Source of the DNA: a virus
Strand: one strand, 5' to 3'
IMG/VR virus record: IMGVR_UViG_3300025096_000009
Coordinates: 15,618 to 79,617 of that record
Length of the DNA: 64,000 nt
In this document: positions 9,871 through 20,415 of the stretch, piece by piece
Numbering within the stretch: position 1 is the first letter of the stretch
Layout of the letters: each line of letters begins with the position of its first letter
The notes under the pieces: model-generated
What the model saw: only the letters and a program-made list of their open reading frames with translations
What the model was told of the DNA's origin: nothing
Databases searched by the model: none
Program-made: the position numbers and the translations under genes

Positions 9871-10334
9871 TGTCAGGCGCAAAAGATCAAGAACCTTATG
9901 AATCTAATTTTGAAGGTTTAATAGGAGTCTTAATAGATTTAAAAACAACAATAGCTGGTAAGCAGGTTTACTCTGTTATAGGGTTTTCAGCTCCTGCGTT
10001 TGAGAATGTATCTCAAGGTGAGGCTTTATATTCACGTTCTAGTGATGGCAAAGTAGGTAAAGCAATAGCAAACGATACTGTTGATAAAGCAAGTTGTATA
10101 GGGTTTGCTCAGACTTCGAAGTTGACAGGTGAAACAGTAAACTGTGTAACTCTTGGTCAATTAGCCTCTTCAGGACTGACTAGAGCTAGTGATTACTATT
10201 TATCTGGGGCAAGCGCGGGTGGTATAACTACAACACCTCCAACTGGAAGTGATAAATATCTAGTCCGTGTAGGTAGAGCATCTAGTACAACTCAATTAAT
10301 TATCAAAATAGAAGCACCTATGGTTAGAAATTAA
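9870..10334 (+). CDS. Virion decoration/fibre-base protein, paralog 2
   Basis: 'PYESNFEGLIGVLIDLK...AFENVSQGEALY...GKVGKA' aligns with 9337-9870. Confidence 0.55.
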   Translation: MSGAKDQEPYESNFEGLIGVLIDLKTTIAGKQVYSVIGFSAPAFENVSQGEALYSRSSDGKVGKAIANDTVDKASCIGFAQTSKLTGETVNCVTLGQLASSGLTRASDYYLSGASAGGITTTPPTGSDKYLVRVGRASSTTQLIIKIEAPMVRN

Positions 10335-10408
10335 GGGCTATATCCTTGGTAAGATAGATAGAATAACAGTTCTTTTGAAATATATGCAGAACTGCGTTGG
10401 ATTGAGGT

Positions 10409-12700
10409 ATGGCAACTAGAAAGTCACTTGTAATAGTCAGTGGATTATTCCAGGAGTTAAATACTTCTTCGGATAAGTTAGATTTCGGTGGAAATACAAC
10501 AGCTGATCTTACTGAGAATACTAATCTTTATTACACAACTGCACGAGCACGGGGTGCTGTAAGTATTGCCTCTGGTGAGGGATTAACATATAACTCGTCT
10601 ACAGGTGTATTAGGAACAAGTGCAATTCCTAATGCTCAATTAGCTAATAGTTCGGTAACCATTGGTAGCACTGCTGTTGCTCTAGGTGCGACTGTTACTA
10701 CCTTTACTGGTATAACAGCGTTAACAGCAACGACTGGTAATGTCACCACGTTAAATATAGGTACAGATGCTGCTGCTAACTCTTTAAAGTTAACAACTAG
10801 TGGGCTGACTTTTGAAGGGGCTACGGCAGATGCTTATGAGACAACATTAACGGCTACTGATCCAACAGCTGATCGCACAATTACACTTCCAAATGAAACT
10901 GGAACTGTATTAACGAGTGCGACTTCGATTGGAAATAGTAACCTTGCAAATAGTGCAGTAACTATTGGTAGCACCAGTGTCAGTCTTGGTGCAACAGTAA
11001 CTACTTTTGTAGGACTCAGTTCTTTAACTTCGACTTCAGTAATAGGTACGACATTATATGCAGGAGCTATAGATGCTGCTAATACAATTAGCATTGGCAG
11101 TGGGAATATTATTTTTGAAGGTTCTACAGCGGATGCCTATGAAACGACCCTAACTGTTACAGATGCGACTGCAGATAGAACGATTACATTCCCTAATGCA
11201 ACCGGTACAGTTGCACTCCTTAGTTCTATTTCAGTTACAGATGCTGGTGGGGATGGAAGTCTTGCTTATAACAATTCAACAGGTGTTATCACATATACAG
11301 GACCTTCAGCTTCTGAAGTTAGGGCTCATATTAGTGTTGCTTCCGGTTCTGGGTTAACTTACTCCTCTGGAGAGATAGGAACAAATGCCATACCTAATGC
11401 CAAGTTAGCTAATAGCTCTATAACTATAGGTGGTTCAAGTGTTGCTTTAGGAAGCAGTCTTGCAACTATTACTGGTGTAACATCGATCACATCAGCGGCT
11501 GTAGTTACTGATGATAGTGGATTCAGAATTAGAGATAACTCAGACAATACAAAACAATTAGCTTTTGAATGTTCAGGAATATCTGGTAGTACTACTAGAA
11601 CTCTTACTGCACCAAACGTAAGCGGAACACTGTCTTTAATAGATGCAGCTGAGACTCTAACAAATAAGACATTAACTAGTGCTGTTCTAAACAGTACTAT
11701 TTCAGGAACATCTATTAAGGATGAGGATAATATGTCTAGCGACTCTGCTAGTCATTTAGCTACACAGCAGAGTATTAAGGCGTATGTAGACACGAAGATA
11801 ACAGCTGAAGATTTAGATATTCAAACTGATTCTGGAAATATTGATATTGATTTAGATTCAGAGGCTTTAGTTCTTACTGGTGGTACAGGTATTGATACCA
11901 GTGCTACGGGAACTACAGTTACTTACGCTATTGATTCCACAGTTGCTACGCTATCTGGATCACAGACTTTAACTAATAAGACATTAACTGCTCCTCTTGC
12001 TACTAGTATCCTTCTTACTGACTCAAATCTTATCTTTGAAGGGAATACTGCAGATGCTCATGAGACAACTCTGACCGTTTCTGATCCGACTGCAGATCGT
12101 ACAATCACGCTCCCGAATGCTACAGATACACTTGTTGGTAAGGCCACCACAGATACGCTAACAAATAAAACTTTAACCAGTGCTGTTTTAAATGACGCCA
12201 TATCAGGAACGTCTATTAAAGATGAAGATAATATGTCGAGTGATTCGGCTACTCATTTAGCTACTCAGCAAAGTATTAAGGCATATGTTGATACAAAAAT
12301 TACAGCTGAGGACTTAGATGTTCAATCTGATTCTGGATCAATATCTATTGATTTGGATTCAGCAACATTAGTTCTTACTGGTGGCACTGGAATTGATACT
12401 AGCGCTACAGGATCAACAGTTACTTATGCCATTGATTCCACAGTGGCAACGTTAACTGGATCACAAACTCTAACTAATAAATCATTAACTGCTCCTACAA
12501 TTACAGGTGCAGTTACTGCTACTAGTGCTGTATTTACAGGAGCTAGTCCTCTCGTATTCGAAGGAGCCACAGCTAACGCTTACGAAACTACTCTTGCAGT
12601 TACTGATCCAACTGCGGATCGAACTATTACATTACCAGATGATTCTGGAACTATGGCAACTGAAAGTTTCGCTACTGCAATAGCAGTTGCATTAGGATAG
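10409..12700 (+). CDS. Tail fibre protein with internal repeats
   Basis: Four FEGxTAxAxETTL..DxTADRTITxP repeats, LANSSVTIG repeats, two SIKDEDNMSSDSAxHLATQQSIKAYVD blocks, TLTNKTLT motifs. Confidence 0.8.
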   Translation: MATRKSLVIVSGLFQELNTSSDKLDFGGNTTADLTENTNLYYTTARARGAVSIASGEGLTYNSSTGVLGTSAIPNAQLANSSVTIGSTAVALGATVTTFTGITALTATTGNVTTLNIGTDAAANSLKLTTSGLTFEGATADAYETTLTATDPTADRTITLPNETGTVLTSATSIGNSNLANSAVTIGSTSVSLGATVTTFVGLSSLTSTSVIGTTLYAGAIDAANTISIGSGNIIFEGSTADAYETTLTVTDATADRTITFPNATGTVALLSSISVTDAGGDGSLAYNNSTGVITYTGPSASEVRAHISVASGSGLTYSSGEIGTNAIPNAKLANSSITIGGSSVALGSSLATITGVTSITSAAVVTDDSGFRIRDNSDNTKQLAFECSGISGSTTRTLTAPNVSGTLSLIDAAETLTNKTLTSAVLNSTISGTSIKDEDNMSSDSASHLATQQSIKAYVDTKITAEDLDIQTDSGNIDIDLDSEALVLTGGTGIDTSATGTTVTYAIDSTVATLSGSQTLTNKTLTAPLATSILLTDSNLIFEGNTADAHETTLTVSDPTADRTITLPNATDTLVGKATTDTLTNKTLTSAVLNDAISGTSIKDEDNMSSDSATHLATQQSIKAYVDTKITAEDLDVQSDSGSISIDLDSATLVLTGGTGIDTSATGSTVTYAIDSTVATLTGSQTLTNKSLTAPTITGAVTATSAVFTGASPLVFEGATANAYETTLAVTDPTADRTITLPDDSGTMATESFATAIAVALG

Positions 12701-12704
12701 TCTT

Positions 12705-13109
12705 ATGGCCACCCAAGTACAATTCCGTCGAGGATCAACAACTCAAACTTCCACCTTTATTGGTGCAGTCGGAGAAGTCACTGTAGATACAGATAAAAAA
12801 GTCTGTGTTGTTCATGATAACTCTACTAGTGGAGGTATAGCATTATTAAGAGAAGATGGTACCAATGCTTCTTTTGGACTCGGTTCGTTAACAAGCTGCG
12901 CTCTTAAATTTGCAAGTGATCCAAATACAGGACTTTATTCTCCTGGTTCTGATCAGGTAGCACTAGTTACTGGAGGTGTTGCTCAGCTTACAATAGATGG
13001 ATCGGGCTCAGTAACCATGCCAGGTAACGTTTCTATTACAGGAAGCTTAACTGTCAATGGGCTGTTTAATTCCAACGACAACATCGCTCTCATCGTCGCT
13101 CTAGGCTGA
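12705..13109 (+). CDS. Short tail fibre-type protein (Mtd/hyaluronidase-like N-terminus)
   Basis: MATQVQFRRG...GEVTVDTDK..VVHD; ends IALIVALG, like the previous gene (IAVALG). Confidence 0.7.
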   Translation: MATQVQFRRGSTTQTSTFIGAVGEVTVDTDKKVCVVHDNSTSGGIALLREDGTNASFGLGSLTSCALKFASDPNTGLYSPGSDQVALVTGGVAQLTIDGSGSVTMPGNVSITGSLTVNGLFNSNDNIALIVALG

Positions 13110-13110
13110 T

Positions 13111-13452
13111 ATGGCAAATACCTTCAAACAATCAACTAAATCTAGCTTGGTTACGGATGCTGTAAGTAGTTCGAACGCCAACATAGTAACTGCTGGTAAC
13201 ACTTCGACTCTTATTATTCTGAATGCACTTGTAGCTAATAAAACAAGTACTAGTGCCAACGTTGACGTCTATCTAGTCACTGACAGTGGCGATGATGTCT
13301 ATCTACTAAAGAGTGTACCAGTACCAGCTGGATCTTCTTTGGAGTTGATTACAGGAAGTAAAATTATTCTCGAATCTAGTGACGTACTAAGGGCGCGTGC
13401 AGATACGGCATCAGCTTTAGATCTGACAATTAGTTACTTAGATCAGACTTAA
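13111..13452 (+). CDS. Conserved 'MANTFK' tail-associated protein
   Basis: MANTFK...VPAGSSLEL..GSKIILE..DVLR pattern. Confidence 0.6.
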   Translation: MANTFKQSTKSSLVTDAVSSSNANIVTAGNTSTLIILNALVANKTSTSANVDVYLVTDSGDDVYLLKSVPVPAGSSLELITGSKIILESSDVLRARADTASALDLTISYLDQT

Positions 13453-13456
13453 TGTT

Positions 13457-13777
13457 ATGGGCTTATCTACTTTCGGAGATATAGGGGCTCTTCAAAGACA
13501 GTTTGAAGATATTAAAGTTGAGATTGACAAACAGTTTGATAAGGCGATTTTAAAATTAGATGAGACAAGTTGGGAGATTATTCGTAAGAAAAGGGATTTT
13601 TTAATACGGACTACTGATTGGACAATGACACCAGGTTGTACTGTTGATCAAGCTGCTTGGTCTGCCTATAGACAGTCTTTGAGAGACATCCCACAAACTT
13701 ATAGTGATTATGGAAGTGTCGTTTGGCCAAAAGCACCTACAACAAATGGTCCAAATACTAAATTTGAAGCGGAATAG
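13457..13777 (+). CDS. Tail fibre assembly chaperone
   Basis: IRKKRDFLIRTTDWT...WSAYRQSLRDIPQ...VWPKAP. Confidence 0.75.
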   Translation: MGLSTFGDIGALQRQFEDIKVEIDKQFDKAILKLDETSWEIIRKKRDFLIRTTDWTMTPGCTVDQAAWSAYRQSLRDIPQTYSDYGSVVWPKAPTTNGPNTKFEAE

Positions 13778-13826
13778 ATAAATAGACTTCAAATACAATA
13801 GAGGATATAAGGTTTACTAAATACAA

Positions 13827-16706
13827 ATGTATATTGGGAATGATCTGCAAGTTGCGGAATCAGGCAACAAAATTATTGATGATATAAGCTCTAGTTTTAA
13901 CGGGAGTACAACATCATTCGCGTTGCTGGTAGGTGGGGCAGCTCCTGTTCCTTTTCCAATCAATACTCAGCAGATTTATATATCGGTCAACGGTGTACTT
14001 CAGGAACCAGATCCAACTGGTAGCGCAGGTTTTAAACTATTAGGAAATAATATTGTATTCAGTTCAGCTCCAGCTAATGGACATGCTTTCTTTGGTGTCA
14101 TCTTATCTGGTGCAGATTACGTCACAGTAGGTACGGAGTTCCCTGCAGGCAGTGCTACCGCTCCCTCTATTACCTTTGGAAACGACGACAACACAGGACT
14201 ATATTCTGTAACTGGTGGAACAGTAGGTTTCACTTCAGATGGTGTTCAAACCTTCACCATGGATAGTAATGGTTTTAACTTCCCTGATAGTAAGAAAGTA
14301 AACCTTGGATCTTCGTCGGATTTACAGCTTTATCATGACGGCTCCAATTCATACATAGAGGAAGCAGGAACAGGTAGTTTGTTTCTCCGAGCAACACCTT
14401 CTATTGAATTTAGAAAGGCAGGTGGTACTGAAAAGATGCTCTATGCGGAGCCTGATGCTCAAGTAGAACTCTATTATGACAACACCAAGCGTTTTGAAAC
14501 CACTAACACAGGAACAAATGTTATCGGAATTCACGTAGACGATGGTGCTACACACGACGGAGATGTAACGTTTACTGGTGCAGCTGCTAGTGTTACGTGG
14601 GATAAGTCAGCAGATGATTTGATATTTAATGACAATGCAAAAGCCGCATTCGGTACTTCATCGGATTTAAATATCTATCATGATGGATCTCATAGCTATA
14701 TAGACAGTACTGGTACAGGTTATCTTCTTATACAAGACTCAGGAAACATATATATCAGAACTAATGATTTCCGTGTTCAAACATCAGGTGGCAGTGAAAC
14801 ATGTATTACCTGTAGTGCAAACGGAGCAGTATCACTTAATTTTGACAATAGCACAAAATTTGCCACTACTTCAAGTGGTGCAACGATAACAGGAGACCTA
14901 ATTGTTGGTCAAATAACATCATCAGGTAACATAACGTCTAATGGTACGTACTTAACATTAACGGGTAATAGTTATAACGCATGGTGGGACAAAGCTGCTA
15001 GTGCTCTTGAGTTTCAAGATAATGCTAAGGCAACTTTTGGGACAGCAAATGATCTTCAAATTTATCATGATGGATCTAACTCATATATAAAAGATGCAGG
15101 TACAGGTAATCTTTATATTTTCTCCGAAAACTTACGCATAGAAAATGCAGATGGAAGTGAGTCTTATATAGAAGCTAATGTTAATGGGTCCGTAGAACTT
15201 TATTACGACAACTCAAAGAAATTTGAGACAACTTCAACGGGGGCTAAGGTCTCTAATGTTCTGGAAATAAATAGTAATGGAACTTCAATTGCTGAAAATA
15301 ATTTAAACTTCGAACCTTCTGGAAATGTTTATATTGATCATAGGACTACTTCACAAGATATAATTTTTAGGATGTCTAATTCTTCGGCGTTAGACACAAC
15401 AGCATTAACAATAAAAGCTGACGGGTCTACTACACATCCCGATGCTATTAAGTCTAAATGGGGTGCTGGAGATGATCTTCAAATCTACCATGATGGATCT
15501 AATAGTTATGTTCATAATGATAATGGATCTGGTAACTTCTATATACAAGGCGATGCTATTAGACTCAGATCAAAAACTGGTACTGAAGATTATATAGTAG
15601 CTAATCATAATGGATCCGTAGAACTCTATTACGATAACGCTAAAACTTTTGAAACAGGTACAACAGGAGCAATCCTTAAAGGTGGTAATACAGGCGCAGC
15701 AACTGAATTACAAATTTTTGGTAATGAAGGTCAACGCGGTATATTACTGTTGGCTGCTGATGATGGAGATGATAATGCAGATTATTGGCATTTTGAAGCA
15801 GGAACTGATGGAAACTTAAATATTCAAAATTACAGTGGAGGTTCTTGGGAAAATAGTTTACTTTTAAAAAGTGGTGCAGCCGTAGAACTCTATTATGATG
15901 ACGCTAAGAAGTTAGAGACAACTTCAGCAGGTGCAACTGTAACAGGTAGTCAAAACTCAGCAGTTGAACTTAGGATAGAAAATACTAATAATAGTCAAAA
16001 TGCTGCAATTGCAAAATTAAGCCTACATGGTGGTGATGCTGCAAACCAAGGACCAATAATAGAATTAGATAGAAATGGTGCTTATCATCAAATAGAAGAA
16101 GATGCTTCTGGAAATTTAGATTTTAGTGATAACGGCACAGTTAAATATATAATGGAATCCGATGGTGATTTCCAAATATGTGATGGCGATCTAATCATAG
16201 GAACTTCTGGTCACGGTATTGACTTTAGTGCTACAGGTGGTCCTACTGGTACCGGGGCTTCAAGTGATTCAGAAGTTCTTTCGGACTATGAACATGGGAC
16301 ATGGGTTCCTCTTTTAAGGAATGGAACTAATGAGATTACCTATACAACTGGTAATGCTTCTACAAAGTTTACCTACGTAAAAATTGGTAGATTAGTCCAT
16401 TTAACTTTTTGCTTAAACAATGAAACTACAGCAGGAACTACAGGTGGTAGTAGCAGTTTCCAAATACTAAATGCTCCTTTTGCTCCCGCTGCTGAGAGGA
16501 TTATAAGTACACAAGTGCTTTGGTATGCTACTGGATTGCGTATAAACCAAACACCTATCTTTATGCACCTTCATACCGCTGGTAATTTTGAGGCATATAG
16601 AATGGTTTCTGCTACTGGTGGTTATACTTCAAATAATTGTGAAGTTGAGCAGGTCGGAGCTAGTAGTTATATGTTCTGGCGTATGAGTTATGAAACCAGT
16701 TCATAG
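13827..16706 (+). CDS. Long tail fibre (cyanophage type)
   Basis: DDISSSFNG N-terminus, repeated DLQIYHDGSNSY and VELYYDN units, GTSGHGIDFSA..DYExGTWxP tip. Confidence 0.85.
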   Translation: MYIGNDLQVAESGNKIIDDISSSFNGSTTSFALLVGGAAPVPFPINTQQIYISVNGVLQEPDPTGSAGFKLLGNNIVFSSAPANGHAFFGVILSGADYVTVGTEFPAGSATAPSITFGNDDNTGLYSVTGGTVGFTSDGVQTFTMDSNGFNFPDSKKVNLGSSSDLQLYHDGSNSYIEEAGTGSLFLRATPSIEFRKAGGTEKMLYAEPDAQVELYYDNTKRFETTNTGTNVIGIHVDDGATHDGDVTFTGAAASVTWDKSADDLIFNDNAKAAFGTSSDLNIYHDGSHSYIDSTGTGYLLIQDSGNIYIRTNDFRVQTSGGSETCITCSANGAVSLNFDNSTKFATTSSGATITGDLIVGQITSSGNITSNGTYLTLTGNSYNAWWDKAASALEFQDNAKATFGTANDLQIYHDGSNSYIKDAGTGNLYIFSENLRIENADGSESYIEANVNGSVELYYDNSKKFETTSTGAKVSNVLEINSNGTSIAENNLNFEPSGNVYIDHRTTSQDIIFRMSNSSALDTTALTIKADGSTTHPDAIKSKWGAGDDLQIYHDGSNSYVHNDNGSGNFYIQGDAIRLRSKTGTEDYIVANHNGSVELYYDNAKTFETGTTGAILKGGNTGAATELQIFGNEGQRGILLLAADDGDDNADYWHFEAGTDGNLNIQNYSGGSWENSLLLKSGAAVELYYDDAKKLETTSAGATVTGSQNSAVELRIENTNNSQNAAIAKLSLHGGDAANQGPIIELDRNGAYHQIEEDASGNLDFSDNGTVKYIMESDGDFQICDGDLIIGTSGHGIDFSATGGPTGTGASSDSEVLSDYEHGTWVPLLRNGTNEITYTTGNASTKFTYVKIGRLVHLTFCLNNETTAGTTGGSSSFQILNAPFAPAAERIISTQVLWYATGLRINQTPIFMHLHTAGNFEAYRMVSATGGYTSNNCEVEQVGASSYMFWRMSYETSS

Positions 16707-16737
16707 ACCGTAGCTAAATCTTTAAATAAGGAGAGTA

Positions 16738-17229
16738 ATGAAAGCACCAACTACTAATAATTGCTATAATTTTCGAGTTATATCGATAGATAAGATTGTA
16801 GATGGTGACACAATAGATGTCACTTTCGATTTAGGCTTTGGTATTTGTAAATCTGAAAGAATTAGAGTAGCTGGTATTGATAGTCCAGAGAAAAGAACAC
16901 GTAATCTTGAAGAGAAAGAATTAGGAATAGAAGCGAGTGAATGGCTTGAATGTCAATTAGAAGGCGCCATAGCAGGTGATGAAGATTTAGTGATTAAAAC
17001 TGAATTAGAAGGAGGTAAAGGTAAATTCGGAAGGCTTTTAGGTTGGCTTTATATTGGCTATCCTGAATGTGAAAAAGATTGTAAGTGTAATTGCCATCAT
17101 CAAGTCTCTATCAACGAGACAATGGTGGAAAAGGGATATGCATGGGAGTATGATGGCGGTACCAAATCCAAAGATCTCGAATCTTTAAGAGAAGTTCGTA
17201 GATCTCAGGGTACATTAATTTCTGAGTAA
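16738..17229 (+). CDS. Thermonuclease (SNase-like)
   Basis: IVDGDTIDV..DLGF...RIRVAGIDSPE...KFGRLLG...NETMVEKGYA. Confidence 0.85.
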   Translation: MKAPTTNNCYNFRVISIDKIVDGDTIDVTFDLGFGICKSERIRVAGIDSPEKRTRNLEEKELGIEASEWLECQLEGAIAGDEDLVIKTELEGGKGKFGRLLGWLYIGYPECEKDCKCNCHHQVSINETMVEKGYAWEYDGGTKSKDLESLREVRRSQGTLISE

Positions 17230-17232
17230 ATC

Positions 17233-17475
17233 ATGCAAAAAGTTGTTAACATCATCGCTATTTCGTCTGGTGTTGTATCTCTTGCCGTTATTGGGAGTGG
17301 TTTATTTATATACCTACAAAGAGATAAACTCGTTGATAGCGTTAAGACTCAAGTACTTAAATCAGTTGGTGGAGCACTACCTGGTTTAGTTGATACGAAG
17401 CTTCCCAGCATGACAGGACCTGCATTAGCTCCACCAGCTGCTCCTGCGCCTAAAGGCTTTGGTATACCTAGATAG
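17233..17475 (+). CDS. Cyanophage membrane-anchored small protein
   Basis: N-terminal TM, Pro-rich tail. Confidence 0.6.
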   Translation: MQKVVNIIAISSGVVSLAVIGSGLFIYLQRDKLVDSVKTQVLKSVGGALPGLVDTKLPSMTGPALAPPAAPAPKGFGIPR

Positions 17476-18242
17476 TGGACGAGATACCTGATATTCAGGT
17501 TGAACCAATAAATACATTTTTTGTTCCAGTAAGTACTCTTCCAACTGAGTTTCTACTTCCTGCTGCACCTCCTGTAACTGTAATTATTGGTATTCCTGTA
17601 GTAGAGATGCCGGGATGTGTTGAATGGCATCCTGATGATAAGAGAGCAGGTAATTTACCGATAGAAGATGATAAAGGCGTAAGAACTTTATGCCCCAATG
17701 GACAGTATCCAAGCTTTAATGCGATGGATTACTCTCCAGAGGATTTACTTTATACGTCGGAGGCGCCACCACCTGCATATAAGTCTCCACCACCTCCTGA
17801 AGCTCCTGAGACAGGCGTTCCTGAGATTCCTAAGGAAGAAGTACCATGCCCTGGTCCTAATGCTCCTCGTATAGGAGACGTTGCTCAGAACCAGAAAGAG
17901 AAGGTTTCAGGGTTCAAATTAAATGAGAGTAAAACTATTTGCATTACGTTGTACGAAGATATAGGACCCGTTGAACAATTCCTACCATCTCCTCAAGTTG
18001 TAGCAACAACTGCTACGATTGCGACGGTGGCCACGACATCGGCCCTCCTAGCAAAGCCTTTGGCTGATCTTCTTCTGAAGGTTGTGAAGCCTGCCGTGAA
18101 AAAGGCCATCGGAGCCATCCAAACCAAGCTTGGTCGGAAACCTCGGAAGTTATCTCTTTCGGAGATACAGGCGAATCGTTATCGGGAGAAGAAGGGTTTA
18201 CTTCCGTTGAAGGAGTTGAAGAAGAAGAAGAAGGTGAAATAG
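17475..18242 (+). CDS. Cyanophage Pro-rich membrane-associated protein
   Basis: GTG start overlapping the previous stop; 'PVVEMPGCV', 'AKPLADLLLKVVKP'. Confidence 0.6.
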   Translation: MDEIPDIQVEPINTFFVPVSTLPTEFLLPAAPPVTVIIGIPVVEMPGCVEWHPDDKRAGNLPIEDDKGVRTLCPNGQYPSFNAMDYSPEDLLYTSEAPPPAYKSPPPPEAPETGVPEIPKEEVPCPGPNAPRIGDVAQNQKEKVSGFKLNESKTICITLYEDIGPVEQFLPSPQVVATTATIATVATTSALLAKPLADLLLKVVKPAVKKAIGAIQTKLGRKPRKLSLSEIQANRYREKKGLLPLKELKKKKKVK

Positions 18243-19053
18243 TATGTTGGTGAGGACCTACTACACCTGGTGGATTTACTAATATTACGTCTGAACATAT
18301 CACTGCTGATTTGGATTTTGGATGAAAGCGTATTCCAGCCTTTAGGAGTTCAGCACAATTTTTAAGTCTTGCAATTTCGAAATCTAATCTTTTATTAGCA
18401 ACTAGTTGATTGGTATATTTAATTCTTGAATCCACGGCCCTTTTACATCTTGACTGCAATGATCCATCGAGGGGAATTGAGATGGTAGCGGAGAGCCCAT
18501 AATTAAAGTTGAACTGATCCTTCTGTCCTGTTCTTGTGGGTACATGATACAAGATGGATCCTGGATTATCGACGACCCCATCGTTATTGCCGTCAGAAAC
18601 GTCGTATACAGGATCATTATAGTAATATTCTCTTGGTTCCTGCCAGCTGGTGCTGTCGGTCAAAAATGGCGTGATGTTTAGAGTAGGACCCTGACAGCTG
18701 ATTCCGTCCCCATAGGTGTTGGTAATGTACGGTCCTTGCAAAACCTGGATGGCTTGGTTGGTAACAGAACCTGAGCTATTAGCCACAGGATTAGCAGTGG
18801 CGCTAACACCGCCAACGTCGCCCGCGCGTACTGCTGTGGGGAATAGTGCATTCGCATTGAGTAATACTAATAGAAGGTAGCTTAGTTGCTGAACGTTGAC
18901 GTTGTATCTGTGACGCTTTGGATCTCTGTGACTCTCTGAATTATTGTCTGGTTGACCATTCCGGGTGCTCGATACGTTTCGGTGAATTGGAAGCTGCCAC
19001 CAGGATTTGCTATCGTCCAATTGGGTTTGTTTGCAGCATCTAGACCCGTCCAT
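18013..19053 (-). CDS. Secreted cyanophage/cyanobacterial protein (true start probably near 18890)
   Basis: Signal peptide then 'VGGVSATANPVANSSGSVTNQAIQ', 'RLDFEIARLKNC'; the ORF 5' part overlaps the next gene. Confidence 0.6.
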   Translation of the reverse strand: MDGSRCCKQTQLDDSKSWWQLPIHRNVSSTRNGQPDNNSESHRDPKRHRYNVNVQQLSYLLLVLLNANALFPTAVRAGDVGGVSATANPVANSSGSVTNQAIQVLQGPYITNTYGDGISCQGPTLNITPFLTDSTSWQEPREYYYNDPVYDVSDGNNDGVVDNPGSILYHVPTRTGQKDQFNFNYGLSATISIPLDGSLQSRCKRAVDSRIKYTNQLVANKRLDFEIARLKNCAELLKAGIRFHPKSKSAVICSDVILVNPPGVVGPHQHTISPSSSSSTPSTEVNPSSPDNDSPVSPKEITSEVSDQAWFGWLRWPFSRQASQPSEEDQPKALLGGPMSWPPSQS

Positions 19054-19313
19054 GTCGAAGTAACGCCTTGAAGAGTGTTGCTATTTCCTGTTACTGAATC
19101 AGGAGATATACTTGCACCTGAATGCTGAACATTTGTGCCGGTCACAGTATACTGCCACCCTGTTTGGTAATCAATCGCATTAATTGTCTCTGTCACTTTC
19201 GATGTAGTTTCCGTATGGCTAGTCATACCTCCTTGCGTGAAGTTTGGAATTACGGGAACTGCTCCAGCTTCAGGTATAAACAGTAGTGATAAGAAGAATA
19301 ATAGCCGTTTCAT
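18882..19313 (-). CDS. Secreted protein (AVPVIPNFTQG family)
   Basis: Signal peptide; 'AVPVIPNFTQGGMTSHTET', 'FQFTETY..PG'. Confidence 0.65.
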   Translation of the reverse strand: MKRLLFFLSLLFIPEAGAVPVIPNFTQGGMTSHTETTSKVTETINAIDYQTGWQYTVTGTNVQHSGASISPDSVTGNSNTLQGVTSTWTGLDAANKPNWTIANPGGSFQFTETYRAPGMVNQTIIQRVTEIQSVTDTTSTFSN

Positions 19314-19322
19314 AGTAGCTCA

Positions 19323-19835
19323 TTAATCTCCGATAACTACCTCGCTAACGAATTGACCCGTAGCTGTAGTACCAGCGCCTCCAGCGGTTAGCGTAACCAC
19401 ACCAGCACTAGTAAGAGTCCCTGCCAAAGTACCTGCCACACCACCAGATTGCGTAGTCTGTACACCATATGCTGGCATGTCTGCTACAACTCCAGCCGTA
19501 ACGTCAACACCTGCACCCATTGCATTTATGGCGTCTCCTTGATTATAGCTAGTTGAAAAACTGAAGGCAGATCCTGCGGTATTTATGTCATAAGTACCTA
19601 CATCAAGAGTCGGTGCAGCAGTGGCGCTACCAGCAGTTAGAGCACCGAAGTGACCACTATTTGAAGTATCTACTTTTATATTTGATCCTGAGACTGTATA
19701 AGTTGAACCTAATCTAGTTCCACTTGTTGCTGCTCCATTAACTGTGAGCTGAGTACTTGTCGATAAGCGATGAACGAGATCTGCTCTTACCGGAGAGGCA
19801 CTAAACAATATTAATAATGGGATTAACTTCCACAT
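19323..19835 (-). CDS. Secreted G/T/A-rich protein
   Basis: Signal peptide; 'ADLVHRLSTSTQLTV', 'TAGGAGTTATGQFVSE'. Confidence 0.65.
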   Translation of the reverse strand: MWKLIPLLILFSASPVRADLVHRLSTSTQLTVNGAATSGTRLGSTYTVSGSNIKVDTSNSGHFGALTAGSATAAPTLDVGTYDINTAGSAFSFSTSYNQGDAINAMGAGVDVTAGVVADMPAYGVQTTQSGGVAGTLAGTLTSAGVVTLTAGGAGTTATGQFVSEVVIGD

Positions 19836-19906
19836 GATGAGTAATAATTCTTTGGCGCAATATAAGTTTACCTGAGGTTAAACTTAATACGTATTGCTAC
19901 TATACG

Positions 19907-20371
19907 ATGCCTGAGAATGTAATTAAAGATCCTATAAAAGAGGATAGTTCTAAGAAGAAAAGTGTTCTTGGAAAAATGAAAGATGCCCTTCTTCCTGATC
20001 AAGAAGAACAGGCCGCAATCATATCTACAGGTGTGAGAATCGTAGTACTTGGGTGGTCCGGTGCGATCTTGACTTTAAACTACGTTTCCATCCCAGGAAT
20101 ACCTCAACAGAAAATAGATCCAACCTTCATAGCTTCAGTGTTCACGGGGGTTTTGGCGTCTTTTGGGATCGCTACAGCTAGTAAAAAAGGCGATGGCACG
20201 ATGAAAATGAATGGTGATAGTAATGGGCAAGTAAGTAAGAAAGATATGGAGTCAATGATTGAAAAAGCAACTGCTAATTCTGCTGTACAAACTATTAGAA
20301 TTGAGCAAGCTCCGTTAGTAATTAAGGCTGAAAGTCCTAATTCTAAAGATCCTACAAAATATGAGTTGTAA
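19907..20371 (+). CDS. Two-TM cyanophage membrane protein
   Basis: 'VLGWSGAILTLNYV...IDPTFIASVFTGVLASFG'. Confidence 0.65.
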   Translation: MPENVIKDPIKEDSSKKKSVLGKMKDALLPDQEEQAAIISTGVRIVVLGWSGAILTLNYVSIPGIPQQKIDPTFIASVFTGVLASFGIATASKKGDGTMKMNGDSNGQVSKKDMESMIEKATANSAVQTIRIEQAPLVIKAESPNSKDPTKYEL

Positions 20372-20415
20372 TTGAGTAAGGTCTAGGTAATATATGGACA
20401 GCATTTCATCTTCAT

